A DNA stretch of 64,000 bases, from positions 15,435 through 79,434 of the forward strand of contig JANMQV010000003.1 in assembly GCA_031370645.1 (NCBI GenBank), in the 5' to 3' direction. The notes beneath the pieces were generated by a model that was not told the DNA's origin, did no database searches, and saw only the letters and a program-made list of their open reading frames with translations. Position 1 is the stretch's first letter; each line of letters begins with the position of its first letter. This DNA is from Candidatus Eiseniibacteriota bacterium. Lineage in GTDB: Bacteria > Eisenbacteria > RBG-16-71-46 > SZUA-252. The position numbers and the translations under genes are program-made. This document shows positions 48,592-58,305 of the stretch, piece by piece.

Positions 48592-49890
48592 ATGAGTGAA
48601 ACGGCGACGCGGATCGAGGCCCTGAAGCATGCGATCGGCGATGACGTCTTGCTGGAGGGGTGGCTCTACAACCGGCGGTCGAGCGGGAAGATCGAATTCC
48701 TACAAGTCAGGGACGGAAGCGGCACGGTCCAGTGTGTCGCGGTGAAGTCGGAACTCCCGGAGGAAACCTTCACGCGCTGCGCCGCGGTCACACAGGAGAG
48801 CGCCGTGCGCGTTCGAGGCACGGTGCGCGAGGACAAGCGTTCGCCGAGCGGCGTCGAACTGACGCTCAAAGAACTCGAGGTTGTCTCCGAGAGCCGCGAC
48901 TATCCGATCACGCCGAAGGAGCATGGCCCCGATTTCCTTCTGAACCACCGCCACCTCTGGATCCGCTCGCCCCGCCAGCACGCCGTACTCCGGATCCGGC
49001 ACACCGTCGTCCAGGCCTGTCGCGACTTCCTCGACCGGGACGGATTCATTCTGGCCGACGCGCCGATCTTCACGCCGGCCGCTTGCGAGGGCACGACGAC
49101 GCTCTTCGAGACCGACTATTTCGGCGAGAAGGCGTATCTCACCCAGAGCGGGCAGCTTTACAACGAGGCGACGGCAATGGCGTTCGGCAAGAGTTACTGC
49201 TTCGGGCCGACGTTCCGCGCGGAGAAATCGAAAACGCGCCGCCACCTGATCGAGTTCTGGATGGTGGAACCGGAAGTCGCCTTCGCGACGCTCGACGACG
49301 TCATGGTCTTGATCGAGCGCTTCTTGGAGTTCGTCGTCGGCCGCGTGCTCGAAGCGCGCCGCCCCGAGCTGGCGCTCCTCGGGCGCGACGCTGCGGCGCT
49401 CGAACGGGTGAAGGCCCCCTTCCCGCGCCTTTCGTACGACCAAGCGGTGGCCATCCTGAAGGAGAAGGGGCAGCCATTCGAGGACGGGAACGACTTCGGG
49501 GGCACCGACGAAACGATCCTCACCGAGGGGTTTGACCGCCCCTTTTTCGTCCACCGTTTCCCGGCGGCCGTGAAGGCCTTCTATATGAAGCGCGATCCGA
49601 GCGATGAGCGGCTCTCGCTCTCCTGCGACCTCCTGGCCCCGGAGGGGTACGGCGAAATCGTGGGAGGGGGCGAGCGCGAGGAGAGCCTCGACCGTCTCAT
49701 GGCCCGGATCGAGGAACATCAACTCCCGATGTCCGCGTTCGAGTGGTACCTCGACCTTCGCCGGTACGGGACGGTGCCGCATGCCGGGTTCGGGATGGGG
49801 ATCGAACGGACCCTGACCTGGATCTGCGGACTGGAGCACCTCCGGGAGACGATTCCGTTCCCGCGCCTGCTCCACCGGATGCACCCCTAG
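48592..49890 (+). CDS. asnS: Asparagine--tRNA ligase
   Basis: [62 protein letters not shown]. Confidence 0.96.
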   Translation: MSETATRIEALKHAIGDDVLLEGWLYNRRSSGKIEFLQVRDGSGTVQCVAVKSELPEETFTRCAAVTQESAVRVRGTVREDKRSPSGVELTLKELEVVSESRDYPITPKEHGPDFLLNHRHLWIRSPRQHAVLRIRHTVVQACRDFLDRDGFILADAPIFTPAACEGTTTLFETDYFGEKAYLTQSGQLYNEATAMAFGKSYCFGPTFRAEKSKTRRHLIEFWMVEPEVAFATLDDVMVLIERFLEFVVGRVLEARRPELALLGRDAAALERVKAPFPRLSYDQAVAILKEKGQPFEDGNDFGGTDETILTEGFDRPFFVHRFPAAVKAFYMKRDPSDERLSLSCDLLAPEGYGEIVGGGEREESLDRLMARIEEHQLPMSAFEWYLDLRRYGTVPHAGFGMGIERTLTWICGLEHLRETIPFPRLLHRMHP

Positions 49891-49929
49891 CGGCCTTCGC
49901 GCGCCCCATTGGAGAAAGGGGCCAATTCG

Positions 49930-49938
49930 TGGTAAAAT
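49930..49938 (+). promoter_or_regulatory. Possible extended -10 TGGTAAAAT
   Basis: TGnTAAAAT upstream of the carboxypeptidase. Confidence 0.45.
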
Positions 49939-49971
49939 AGGGTGCTTGGCGCTTCATCCGAGCCCGACACC

Positions 49972-52329
49972 ATGCGAACGCGCCCCCTCTCGCCGGATGC
50001 CCCGCCGGCCTCTTTTCGCCGTTTCGCAACGCCCCTCGGGGCGTGCGCGCTACTCCTCTTTCTAGCCTTCGGCTTCGCCGCTCCGAATGTTCTCGCGTCG
50101 CCCCGCACGCTCTATCGCATTCCTCCCGCGAAGTCCGAACAACTCCTGCGTCTCCTCCGTGAGGGGGTCGACGTGGCGGGCACGGGCGAGGATGGCTCGC
50201 TCCACGTCTTCCTGAACGCGGCCGAACGCGCCGTGGCCGAAGGGCTCGGTCTCGCGCCTCAGCCGCTCGCTCCTCGTGGACCGCTGGCGGCGCCGGGCAC
50301 GGCCGCCGCGCCGCCGGGGCTCGGTGACTACCACACCTACGCCGAAACGATCGCCGAGATGACCTCCTACGTGGCATCACACTCGTCGATCGCGAAACTC
50401 GACACGATCGGGGTCTCGCTCGAGGGGAGGCTCATCCTCGGCGTGAAGATCTCGGACAATGTGGGAGCGGGGGAGGCGGAGCCGCAGATTCTCGTCGTGG
50501 GATGCCACCACGCACGGGAATTGATGAGTGTGGAACTGCCGCTCTTCCTCATGCGCCGACTCCTCGACGGCTACGGAGTCGATCCGCTCCTGACCTCGCT
50601 CGTCGATTCGCGCGAGATCTGGATCGTGCCGATCGTGAATCCCGACGGATACGTCTACGTGCAGAACAACTCGGGCGGGCAGTCGGACAACTGGTGGCGA
50701 AAGAATCGCCGCCCGAACGGCGACGGCACCTTCGGCGTCGACCTGAATCGAAATTACGACTACAAGTGGGGCTGGGACGAAATCGGCTCGAGTTCCACGC
50801 CGTCGAGCGACGTCTATCGGGGCAGCGGTCCCTTTTCCGAGCCGGAGACGCGCGCGGTCCGCGACTTCATGGCGGCGCACGCGTTCCACATTTCGGCCTC
50901 GTTCCACAGCTACGGCCAGCTCTTCCTCTATCCCTGGGGTTACGCCGCGCTCAACACGCCCGATCACGGCGTCTTCAGGGCGTTCGGCGACTCGGTCGCG
51001 CACCAGAACGCCTATCGCGCGGGGAATCCGAAGAATGGGGCGATCTACATCACGAACGGCGACATGGACGATTGGGTGTACGGGGATACGACGCTCAAGC
51101 CCCGCCTGTTCGGATTCACGTTTGAGCTGAACACCTACGAGCAAGGCGGCTTCTATCCGAACGACACGCTCATCCCAAGCACCTGCGCGCTCAACTACGG
51201 ACCGCTACTCACGCTTCTTCGCTACGCGGACGAACCTCGTCGGATTCTCCTTCCGCCGCGCGATCTAGCACCCGGATTCTCATCGCAGGGGAACGCCACG
51301 CTCGTCTACTGGAACCCGACCGCGCCCGATCCGGCGAATCCAGCCCAGCGGCACGACCTCCGCCGCATCGACTCGGTCCTCCGCGCGACCGACAACGCCG
51401 AAAGCGGCGTGAGCGACTGGGACTCCCTCGGATTCAGCTGGAGTACGACGCGCGCCGCGAGCGGAACCCACTCCTACTGGTCGGGCGCCGGAAACAGTCG
51501 CGAGAGCATCCTCACGGGGCGCGCCAGCCTGGACGTCGCGGCGAACGACAGCCTCGTCGTGAACGCGTGGTGGGACTTGGAGCCGTTCTACGACTACTGG
51601 TACGCGGAGGCGTCGATCGACGGCGGCAACACCTGGGCCCCCCTCCAGGGCGACCGCACGACGGACGACAATCCGTTTGGTTACAACCAGGGGTCCGGCA
51701 TCACCGGAAGCGGCGGGGCGACATTCGTTCGCGCGGCATTCTCGCTCGCGCCGTTTGCGGGGAAACAGGCGCTGGTTCGAATCCGCTGCCTCACCGACGG
51801 AGCGACGTTCGGACAGGGCCTCTACCTCGACGACCTCACGCCGACCGCGCGCTACGCCGGCGTCACGATCACCGACACGGGAAACCCGTCACCGCAATTC
51901 CTTCTCGACCCCGCGCCGTCGACCGCCGCCCAATTTCAAGTGCGCGCCGTGGACGGCGAGGGACAGTCGGGACTCTGGAGCGATCGCGCCCCGTACGTTC
52001 CGGGTATCACGTCGGTCGAAACGGTCGAGGCCGCTCGACTGACCGACCGCCTCTGGCCGAACGCGCCGAATCCATTCAATCCGAGAACCCGGTTCCGATT
52101 CCAACTGGCGCCTGGTAGGCCCGGCGCGTTCCGGCTCTCGCTCTTCGATATCTCAGGACGGCTCGTGGCAACGATCCTGGCCGGCCGAGATGGCGGTTCG
52201 GGCGGGGAACGGAGCGTCGAATGGAACGCTCGCGACGCCTCGGGCCGGGACCTCGCCAGCGGGGTCTATCTCCTCCGTCTTCAAACGGTTCGAGGGTTCT
52301 TCGAACGCAAGATTACCCTGCTTCGCTGA
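49972..52329 (+). CDS. Secreted M14 zinc carboxypeptidase (carboxypeptidase T-like) with accessory beta domain and FlgD/T9SS-like C-terminal domain
   Basis: Signal peptide; HHARE, NPDG, WRKNRR, GVDLNRN, FSEPE, FHSY, FEL; tail NAPNPFNP...WNARD..G..LASGVY. Confidence 0.92.
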   Translation: MRTRPLSPDAPPASFRRFATPLGACALLLFLAFGFAAPNVLASPRTLYRIPPAKSEQLLRLLREGVDVAGTGEDGSLHVFLNAAERAVAEGLGLAPQPLAPRGPLAAPGTAAAPPGLGDYHTYAETIAEMTSYVASHSSIAKLDTIGVSLEGRLILGVKISDNVGAGEAEPQILVVGCHHARELMSVELPLFLMRRLLDGYGVDPLLTSLVDSREIWIVPIVNPDGYVYVQNNSGGQSDNWWRKNRRPNGDGTFGVDLNRNYDYKWGWDEIGSSSTPSSDVYRGSGPFSEPETRAVRDFMAAHAFHISASFHSYGQLFLYPWGYAALNTPDHGVFRAFGDSVAHQNAYRAGNPKNGAIYITNGDMDDWVYGDTTLKPRLFGFTFELNTYEQGGFYPNDTLIPSTCALNYGPLLTLLRYADEPRRILLPPRDLAPGFSSQGNATLVYWNPTAPDPANPAQRHDLRRIDSVLRATDNAESGVSDWDSLGFSWSTTRAASGTHSYWSGAGNSRESILTGRASLDVAANDSLVVNAWWDLEPFYDYWYAEASIDGGNTWAPLQGDRTTDDNPFGYNQGSGITGSGGATFVRAAFSLAPFAGKQALVRIRCLTDGATFGQGLYLDDLTPTARYAGVTITDTGNPSPQFLLDPAPSTAAQFQVRAVDGEGQSGLWSDRAPYVPGITSVETVEAARLTDRLWPNAPNPFNPRTRFRFQLAPGRPGAFRLSLFDISGRLVATILAGRDGGSGGERSVEWNARDASGRDLASGVYLLRLQTVRGFFERKITLLR

Positions 52330-52352
52330 GTTTTCCGCCAAGCCTTTCTGGA

Positions 52353-52382
52353 TTGACACCGCCGCCGCCGCGCCCGTACCCT
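52353..52382 (+). promoter_or_regulatory. Sigma70-type promoter TTGACA-N18-TACCCT
   Basis: Read directly; upstream member of a tandem pair. Confidence 0.55.
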
Positions 52383-52516
52383 GCCGATTCCGTTTCCTCC
52401 CTTCGTTTTGCGTCGACATTGAATTGGAATTAGCGAGGCACGGTCGGGGTAGAAACGGGAGAGGGGCGAAGGGGCGCGGTGGAATCGTGGAAATGGCGAT
52501 GTCACCGCGCAGTAAC

Positions 52517-52545
52517 TTGACAGGCGGCAGGGTGATGGCTAGGCT
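52517..52545 (+). promoter_or_regulatory. Sigma70-type promoter TTGACA-N17-TAGGCT
   Basis: Read directly; -10 ends 7 nt before in-frame GTG 52553. Confidence 0.6.
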
Positions 52546-52552
52546 CGCGAAT

Positions 52553-53473
52553 GTGAGCCGTAGGATCCGGGCCGAATCGATCCGGCCGCAGGTGGCGGCA
52601 CTGGTGGTCGCCCTGGCCGGGATTGGGTCCTGCGCGTCGCCGGCGCCCCCACGCCCAGCAAGCCCCCCCGCTCCGATTGTGTTGGCCGGAACTGAATACG
52701 CGGCACCGATGCTCCGGGCGCAGATTCTCGCGTTCCGCGAGCTCTACCCGCAGGCCGATTCCATCGTCCTCGAACAGAACGGTTCGGCGGAAGGTATGGA
52801 GCGGCTTGTGAACGGAGAGGTGGGCATGTCCCTGCTGATGCGCGATCTGACCGATCCGGAAGTCGAGGCGGCCGTCACGAAGGACGGTCTCCAGTCGTTT
52901 CCGATCGCCTGGGACGCCGTGGCCGTCGTCGTGAACCCCGCTTCGCCCATCCAGCAAATTTCCCGCACCGAACTTTCCGAAATCTATTCCGGCGCCGTGA
53001 CCGACTGGTCCGAACTCGGCTGGCGCCGCGGCGGAGCGATCATGGCCGTTACCGGCGGTCCGCGCCTCGGGCTCTACGCCTTTGGCGAGCAGGCGCTCCT
53101 CGGCGATTCCTCCTATGCGAAGTCGATCTACGCCCTCGACACCGAGGAGGAGATCGCGCGCGTCGTCTCCGAGCGGCCGAACGCGATCGCGCTCCTCTCG
53201 CGCCCCTTCGTTACCGATCGGGTGCGCGCGCTCCGAGTCTCGGCGATGATCGGATTTCCCTACGTCGCCTTCGAACGCGGCGCCATTCTGGAGCGGCGCT
53301 ACCCGTTGCTCCGAAGCCTCGCCATTGCCACCCCGATGACGCCGCGGACCGGCGCCGCCGACTTCGTGACCTACGTTTCCAGCGTGGAGGGACAGCGCAT
53401 CGTCGCCCGCCACGGGTACGCCCCTGCGACCGTTCCCATCCGGATCGTCCGGACTGTAGAGGAGGGAGAGTGA
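52553..53473 (+). CDS. PstS-like (PBP2) substrate-binding lipoprotein (ATG 52535 is an alternative start)
   Basis: Lipobox-like IGS-C; IAWDAVAVVVNP, IYSG..TDWSELG, YPLLRSL; PstS phosphate-binding motifs degenerate. Confidence 0.8.
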   Translation: MSRRIRAESIRPQVAALVVALAGIGSCASPAPPRPASPPAPIVLAGTEYAAPMLRAQILAFRELYPQADSIVLEQNGSAEGMERLVNGEVGMSLLMRDLTDPEVEAAVTKDGLQSFPIAWDAVAVVVNPASPIQQISRTELSEIYSGAVTDWSELGWRRGGAIMAVTGGPRLGLYAFGEQALLGDSSYAKSIYALDTEEEIARVVSERPNAIALLSRPFVTDRVRALRVSAMIGFPYVAFERGAILERRYPLLRSLAIATPMTPRTGAADFVTYVSSVEGQRIVARHGYAPATVPIRIVRTVEEGE

Positions 53474-55296
53474 ATTTCCTTCGTTCCCGTCGTGCTGTCG
53501 TGCTCCTGCTGGCCGCGGTGGCGCTCACCGCGCCCCGGGCGTTCGCGCTGACGTCAGGCGACCTGATCAAGCAGGGGGTTCAGGTGCTGAAGGACGGGAA
53601 TGCGCAGAAAGCTCTCGATCTCTTCACGCAGGCCGAAAAACTCGATCCGAACAGCCCGCGCCCGCACTACTTCATCGCGTCGGCGCTCGAGCGTCTTGGA
53701 AAACCCGATAGCGCCAAGGTTCAATATCAAATCGCGCTGACGAATCAGCCGAAATACCCCGAGGCGCTGACCGGACTCGGCAATCTCCTCCGGAAGCAGG
53801 GGCAGATTCCCGAAGGGACGGCGAAGCTCGAGGAGGCGGTGAAGTACGGTCCGAAGGATCCCGGCGCGCTCTATTCGCTCGGTCAGGCCTACCTGAAAGA
53901 CAAGCGATACGAGGAAGCCGAGAAGGTCTTCCGGAAGGGGACGCTCTTGAAGCAGGGGCGCGCGCTCTTCCTGTCGGGCACGGCGCTCTCGCTCGAAGGG
54001 AAAGGCGACCTGAAGGCGGCGGAGGAGCTCTTCATCCGCGCCCGCGAGACCGATCCGAACAATCTCCGGGTCCGGATGGACTTCGGCGGCTTCTACGATC
54101 GAAAGAAGATCCCCGTCCTGGCCGCGCCCGAATATGGCCGCGCCGCCGAGCTCGATCCGACGAATCCCGAGACGCATTTCCTGTATGGCCGCGCCCTCGT
54201 GGGGATGAACGAATTCAACGCCGGCCTCGCGGCATTCCAGAAGGCCGAATCGGTCGATTCCACCTACGCGCCGGCTTACCTCGAGGCGGGGCGCCTCTTC
54301 GCCCGCGCGAAGCGGTCGACCGACGCGGCGGAGAAATTCCAGAAATACACGGAACTGCGTCCCGAGGAGTTCACGGGCTACTACGAGCTCGGCAAGGCGC
54401 TGAGCGCGAGCCGCGTCCGCGACGAGCGGGTCACGGCGGTGGTGGTGCTCGAGAAGGCGAATGAGATCAAGCCGGACCAGCCCGAAGTTCTGGGCGCGCT
54501 CTGCAAGCTCTACACGGAGCAGGGCGCCGACTCGCGCGAGCAAGCGATCGCGGCGTGCGACAAGTACGTGGCGCTGGCCGATTCGATCGAGCCGGCGGAG
54601 AAACTGAAGATCGGCGGCCTCTTCGCGGCGATGCCCGACTCGGGGAAGGCGCTTCCGCTCCTCCGGGCCGCCGTCGAGGAAGACAGCACGCTCGCGAAGG
54701 ACGCCAACTTCCAGATCGGACTTCTCCTCTTCACCTCGAAGGACTGGGGTGGCGCCATACCGTACTTCCGCGCCACGCTCGCCTACGATTCCACGTTCGT
54801 GCCGGCGCTCTTGAATCTCGGCCTCTGCCAGTTGCAGGGAGGAGAGAAGTCGGGCGCTATCGAGACGTTCCGCCGCTCGCTGGCGCTGAAGCCTAACGAC
54901 GCGCGCACGCTGATCTGGGTGGGGCAGACGCTCCTGACGATGGAGGCCGACTCGCTCCCGGTGGCGTACGAAACCTATCAGGCCGCCATCGCGGCCGACT
55001 CGTCGAGCGCCGACGCGCAGCGGGGCGCCGGCCTCGCGCTTCTCTTGATGGACCGCTGCGGAGATGGCATCACCTACCTCAGCCAGGCGGCGACGATGGA
55101 TCCGGAGCACGTGCAGGGACACGTCTGGCTGGCGCAGGCGTACTCGAAGTGCAAGGATCTCACGCGCGCCAAGGAAGAGTTCAACAAGGCGCTGGAAATC
55201 GACCCGACGAATGGTCCGGCGTCGACAGGTCTCCAAATCATCCGGAATTTCGAAGCGAAACAACAGGCCCGACCCGCGGGAGCGGCAGGGCAGTAG
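53470..55296 (+). CDS. Exported multi-TPR protein
   Basis: Signal peptide (AFA) followed by TPR repeats over the whole length; GTGA-coupled to the lipoprotein gene. Confidence 0.9.
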   Translation: MNFLRSRRAVVLLLAAVALTAPRAFALTSGDLIKQGVQVLKDGNAQKALDLFTQAEKLDPNSPRPHYFIASALERLGKPDSAKVQYQIALTNQPKYPEALTGLGNLLRKQGQIPEGTAKLEEAVKYGPKDPGALYSLGQAYLKDKRYEEAEKVFRKGTLLKQGRALFLSGTALSLEGKGDLKAAEELFIRARETDPNNLRVRMDFGGFYDRKKIPVLAAPEYGRAAELDPTNPETHFLYGRALVGMNEFNAGLAAFQKAESVDSTYAPAYLEAGRLFARAKRSTDAAEKFQKYTELRPEEFTGYYELGKALSASRVRDERVTAVVVLEKANEIKPDQPEVLGALCKLYTEQGADSREQAIAACDKYVALADSIEPAEKLKIGGLFAAMPDSGKALPLLRAAVEEDSTLAKDANFQIGLLLFTSKDWGGAIPYFRATLAYDSTFVPALLNLGLCQLQGGEKSGAIETFRRSLALKPNDARTLIWVGQTLLTMEADSLPVAYETYQAAIAADSSSADAQRGAGLALLLMDRCGDGITYLSQAATMDPEHVQGHVWLAQAYSKCKDLTRAKEEFNKALEIDPTNGPASTGLQIIRNFEAKQQARPAGAAGQ

Positions 55297-55339
55297 CGAA
55301 GAGCGGCGGGTTTGCCGCCGACCACGTCAAGGAGGCACA

Positions 55340-55678
55340 ATGAGTTTGGATGTTCGGACCGTGGGAGACGTGACGATTCTGGCCCCCAAGGGAATGCTCC
55401 TGGGCGGCAAGGAGACGGACGAACTCCAGTCGAAGATCAAGGAACTCGCGGAGGCGGGAAATCGGAAGCTCCTCATCAACCTGGGGCAGACGACCTTCAT
55501 GAACAGCGTCTCGCTGGGCGTCCTCATCGCGGGGCACGCGAACTATTCGAAGCGGGATGCGAAGTTGAAGCTGTGCGCCGTGGATAAGAAGATTCAGAGC
55601 ATTTTCGTGGTGACGAAACTCTCCCTCGTGTTCGAAGTATTCGACGCGGAATCGGAAGCGCTCGCGAGCTTCAAGTAG
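55340..55678 (+). CDS. STAS domain anti-sigma factor antagonist (SpoIIAA/RsbV-like)
   Basis: 112 aa; LLINL, FMNSVSLGVL phospho-Ser motif, FVVTKL..VFE; AAGGAGG RBS. Confidence 0.9.
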   Translation: MSLDVRTVGDVTILAPKGMLLGGKETDELQSKIKELAEAGNRKLLINLGQTTFMNSVSLGVLIAGHANYSKRDAKLKLCAVDKKIQSIFVVTKLSLVFEVFDAESEALASFK

Positions 55679-55704
55679 CCGGGGTACGGGGTGGAAGCAT
55701 GGGG

Positions 55705-55733
55705 TTGCCGGTCCTGTCAGGGTGGCGTATCCT
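55705..55733 (+). promoter_or_regulatory. Sigma70-type promoter TTGCCG-N17-TATCCT for exbB1
   Basis: Read directly; AGGAGG RBS downstream. Confidence 0.5.
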
Positions 55734-55779
55734 GAGCGACCGGTCCGACCACCCACACAACCAGTAGGAGGATTCTGCA

Positions 55780-56502
55780 GTGAAACAGGGTCTCTTCGTC
55801 ACTATCCTCGCCGTGGTCGCGCTCGTGATTGCGATCGTGATCTACATGTTCCTCCCGGATTTCATCAAGCAGGGCGGCCCGCTCGTCGCGGGACTCATCA
55901 TGCTCTCCATCATGTCGGTCGCCTTCGTCTTTGAGCGTCTTTTCACGCTGTCGCGCGCCAAGGGTAAGGAAGCGGCTCCCGCGTTCATGAAGAAGATCCG
56001 CCAGAAGATCGACGTTCTCGATATCGACGGCGCCGCCGAGCTCTGCGCCAAGCAGCGCGGTTCGCTCGCGAACGTGCTTCGTGCCGGCTTCGATCGGTAC
56101 TTGGTCGTCCGGTCGGCGAACATGGATCGCCAGCAGAAGCTGCAAGAAGTGCAGAAGGCCATGGAAGAGGCGAACATGCTTGAGGTGCCGCTCCTCGAGC
56201 GAAACCTCATCGCCCTGGCGACCATTTCCTCCATCGCGACGATGGTCGGACTCCTCGGGACGGTCATCGGGATGATCAATTCGTTCGCGGCGCTCGGGCA
56301 CGCGGGCTCCGTCGACGCGTTGAAGCTCGCCGTCGGTATTTCCGAAGCCCTCATCAACACGGCCGGCGGACTCTTCGTGGCCATCTTTTCGATCGTTCTC
56401 TACAACATCTTCACGACCATGATCGACAACTTCAACTACGGCATGGACGAAGCGACGCTGCAGGTGATCGAAGTCCTGGCCATCAAGGAAGCGGGCAAGT
56501 AA
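55780..56502 (+). CDS. exbB: MotA/TolQ/ExbB proton channel protein 1
   Basis: ATMVGLLGTVIGMI, GISEALINTAGGL. Confidence 0.92.
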   Translation: MKQGLFVTILAVVALVIAIVIYMFLPDFIKQGGPLVAGLIMLSIMSVAFVFERLFTLSRAKGKEAAPAFMKKIRQKIDVLDIDGAAELCAKQRGSLANVLRAGFDRYLVVRSANMDRQQKLQEVQKAMEEANMLEVPLLERNLIALATISSIATMVGLLGTVIGMINSFAALGHAGSVDALKLAVGISEALINTAGGLFVAIFSIVLYNIFTTMIDNFNYGMDEATLQVIEVLAIKEAGK

Positions 56503-56943
56503 GTGTCGGCCAAGAAGCTCAAGCGAGTCGGAATCAAGATCGACATGACGCCGATGGTCGACGTCGCCTTCCTGCTCCTGATCTTCTTCATGTCCACGTC
56601 GCAGTTCGATCCGCCGCAGAAGGTGCCGATCGTCCTTCCGGATAGCCACTCGAATCTCAAGGTGCCCGATTCCGACGTCATGATTCTCGGGATCGCCAAG
56701 GACTCGAGCCTGTACTGGCAGCTCGCGAAGAATCCACAGCAGGAAACCGACCTGGCCAGTCTGGAGCAGCTCATCATCGATCAGCGGCGCCGAAACCCGC
56801 GCCTCCGCGTCGCCATTAAGGCGGACAAGGAGAGCGAGTACGGAGTGATGGAAGACGTGATGGCGACCATGCAGAAGACGAATACGATCACGTTCAGCCT
56901 CGTCACGGAGCTGGTGAAGAGCAAGAAGTCGGCGCTCCACTAA
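56503..56943 (+). CDS. exbD: ExbD/TolR protein 1
   Basis: IDMTPMVDVAFLLLIFFM, IKADK..YG. Confidence 0.92.
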   Translation: MSAKKLKRVGIKIDMTPMVDVAFLLLIFFMSTSQFDPPQKVPIVLPDSHSNLKVPDSDVMILGIAKDSSLYWQLAKNPQQETDLASLEQLIIDQRRRNPRLRVAIKADKESEYGVMEDVMATMQKTNTITFSLVTELVKSKKSALH

Positions 56944-56974
56944 TCTCCGTTTCATCCGAGAGGAAACGCCACCG

Positions 56975-57496
56975 ATGGGTGCCGTAGACAGTCCCGATTC
57001 AGGCAGTAAAAAGAAGAAAAAAGGCGGGCTGAAGAAGCGCGCGCCGAAACGGCTCGGGATCAAGATCGACATGACCCCGATGGTCGACGTCGCGTTCTTG
57101 CTCCTGATTTTCTTCATGTGTACGACGGTCTTCCGGAAGCCGCAGGCGTTGGAAATCAACCTGCCGCCCGATCCGAAGGCCAAGGTGGAGATCGCGGAGT
57201 CGAACGTGATGACCGTTCGTGCCATCGCGCCGACCGACAAGGCGCGCGGCGAAATCCGCGTGTTCTGGTTCATCGCGAAAGAAGCGCCGAAGGAGCAGAA
57301 CTGGAACGATATGGAAGGGATCTTCGCGGCGGAAGGAAAGAAGAACCCGAAGCTCGTCGTCCTGGTGAAGATCGACCGTCTCGTGAAATACAAGTACATG
57401 GTGAATCTGATCGATCAGCTTCAGTTCGCTGAGCTGAATCGTTTCTCCCTCGCGCCTCTCGAGGCGAAGGAGAAGGAAGACGTGGAGAAGCTCTGA
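56975..57496 (+). CDS. exbD: ExbD/TolR protein 2
   Basis: Lys-rich N-terminus; TM segment identical to ExbD1. Confidence 0.92.
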   Translation: MGAVDSPDSGSKKKKKGGLKKRAPKRLGIKIDMTPMVDVAFLLLIFFMCTTVFRKPQALEINLPPDPKAKVEIAESNVMTVRAIAPTDKARGEIRVFWFIAKEAPKEQNWNDMEGIFAAEGKKNPKLVVLVKIDRLVKYKYMVNLIDQLQFAELNRFSLAPLEAKEKEDVEKL

Positions 57497-58200
57497 TGAC
57501 GACCGCGTCGATCGATCGCGTCCCGATGGGGGCGGGCGATCTCAAGGAGAACGCCCCGCGCCTGATGCGCAACGGGCTCATCATCTCGAGCGCGATTCAC
57601 CTAGCGCTGATCGGTATCTACCTCGGAACCACCATGATCAAGCCGAAGGACGAGGTCGAGTACACTGGGCGGGTCATCAGGATGGAGACGCTGCCTCCGC
57701 CCCCGCCGCTCTCGGACGCGCCCCCTCCGCCGGTCGTGCCTCAGACGATGGATGTCGCCAAACCGACGATCGGTATCCCGACGCCAGTCGCCGACGATCT
57801 CGCGCCGGAGCAGACGATCATGACGCAGCAGGAAATCGCCGCGTCGATCGCGCCGGTCGGTATCGGGGGAAGCGGGCGCGACTCGCTTGTCATCGCGTCA
57901 GCCGACGATCTGCCGGCGCAGGGTGAATTCGTCTACTATGAGGACGAGCCCGTCCCGGTCACGATGGTGCAGCCGCTTTACCCGGAATTCGCGCGAGAAG
58001 CGCAGATCCAGGGCAAGGTCGTCCTCCACGTGCTCGTGGGGAAGGACGGCCGCGTGAAGGACGCAAAGGTCTTCAAGGGAGTCACGGGTTTGAATGAAGA
58101 AGCGATCAAGGCCGTGAGGAAGTGGGTATTCAAGCCGGCACTCAGCAACAACAAGCCGGTCGCTGTATGGGTGGAAGTCCCAATCGACTTCCACTTCTAG
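57496..58200 (+). CDS. tonB: Energy transducer TonB 1
   Basis: TM with SxxxH, Pro-rich linker, YPEFAREAQIQGKV, WVFKPA. Confidence 0.92.
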   Translation: MTTASIDRVPMGAGDLKENAPRLMRNGLIISSAIHLALIGIYLGTTMIKPKDEVEYTGRVIRMETLPPPPPLSDAPPPPVVPQTMDVAKPTIGIPTPVADDLAPEQTIMTQQEIAASIAPVGIGGSGRDSLVIASADDLPAQGEFVYYEDEPVPVTMVQPLYPEFAREAQIQGKVVLHVLVGKDGRVKDAKVFKGVTGLNEEAIKAVRKWVFKPALSNNKPVAVWVEVPIDFHF

Positions 58201-58305
58201 CACCAGTCGCAAACGCTTCCGAAATTTGGAGGCGCCGGACCTGATTGCGGAAATCCCCCCACCCCTCTCCATGCCGTCCGTGGACGGCGTCGATGCCGGG
58301 AAGAA

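Noticed and set aside
541..57399. Many long antisense or alternate-frame ORFs (e.g. 8578-10611, 32723-34783, 34767-36953, 36988-38958, 53554-55263, 55717-57399)
   Set aside because: They shadow well-supported genes, are Arg/Ala/Pro-rich with no motifs, and are expected in GC-rich DNA with few stop codons
58249..58278. GGAAAT...CGTC as an ECF promoter before tonB2
   Set aside because: Spacer is 20 bp, too long
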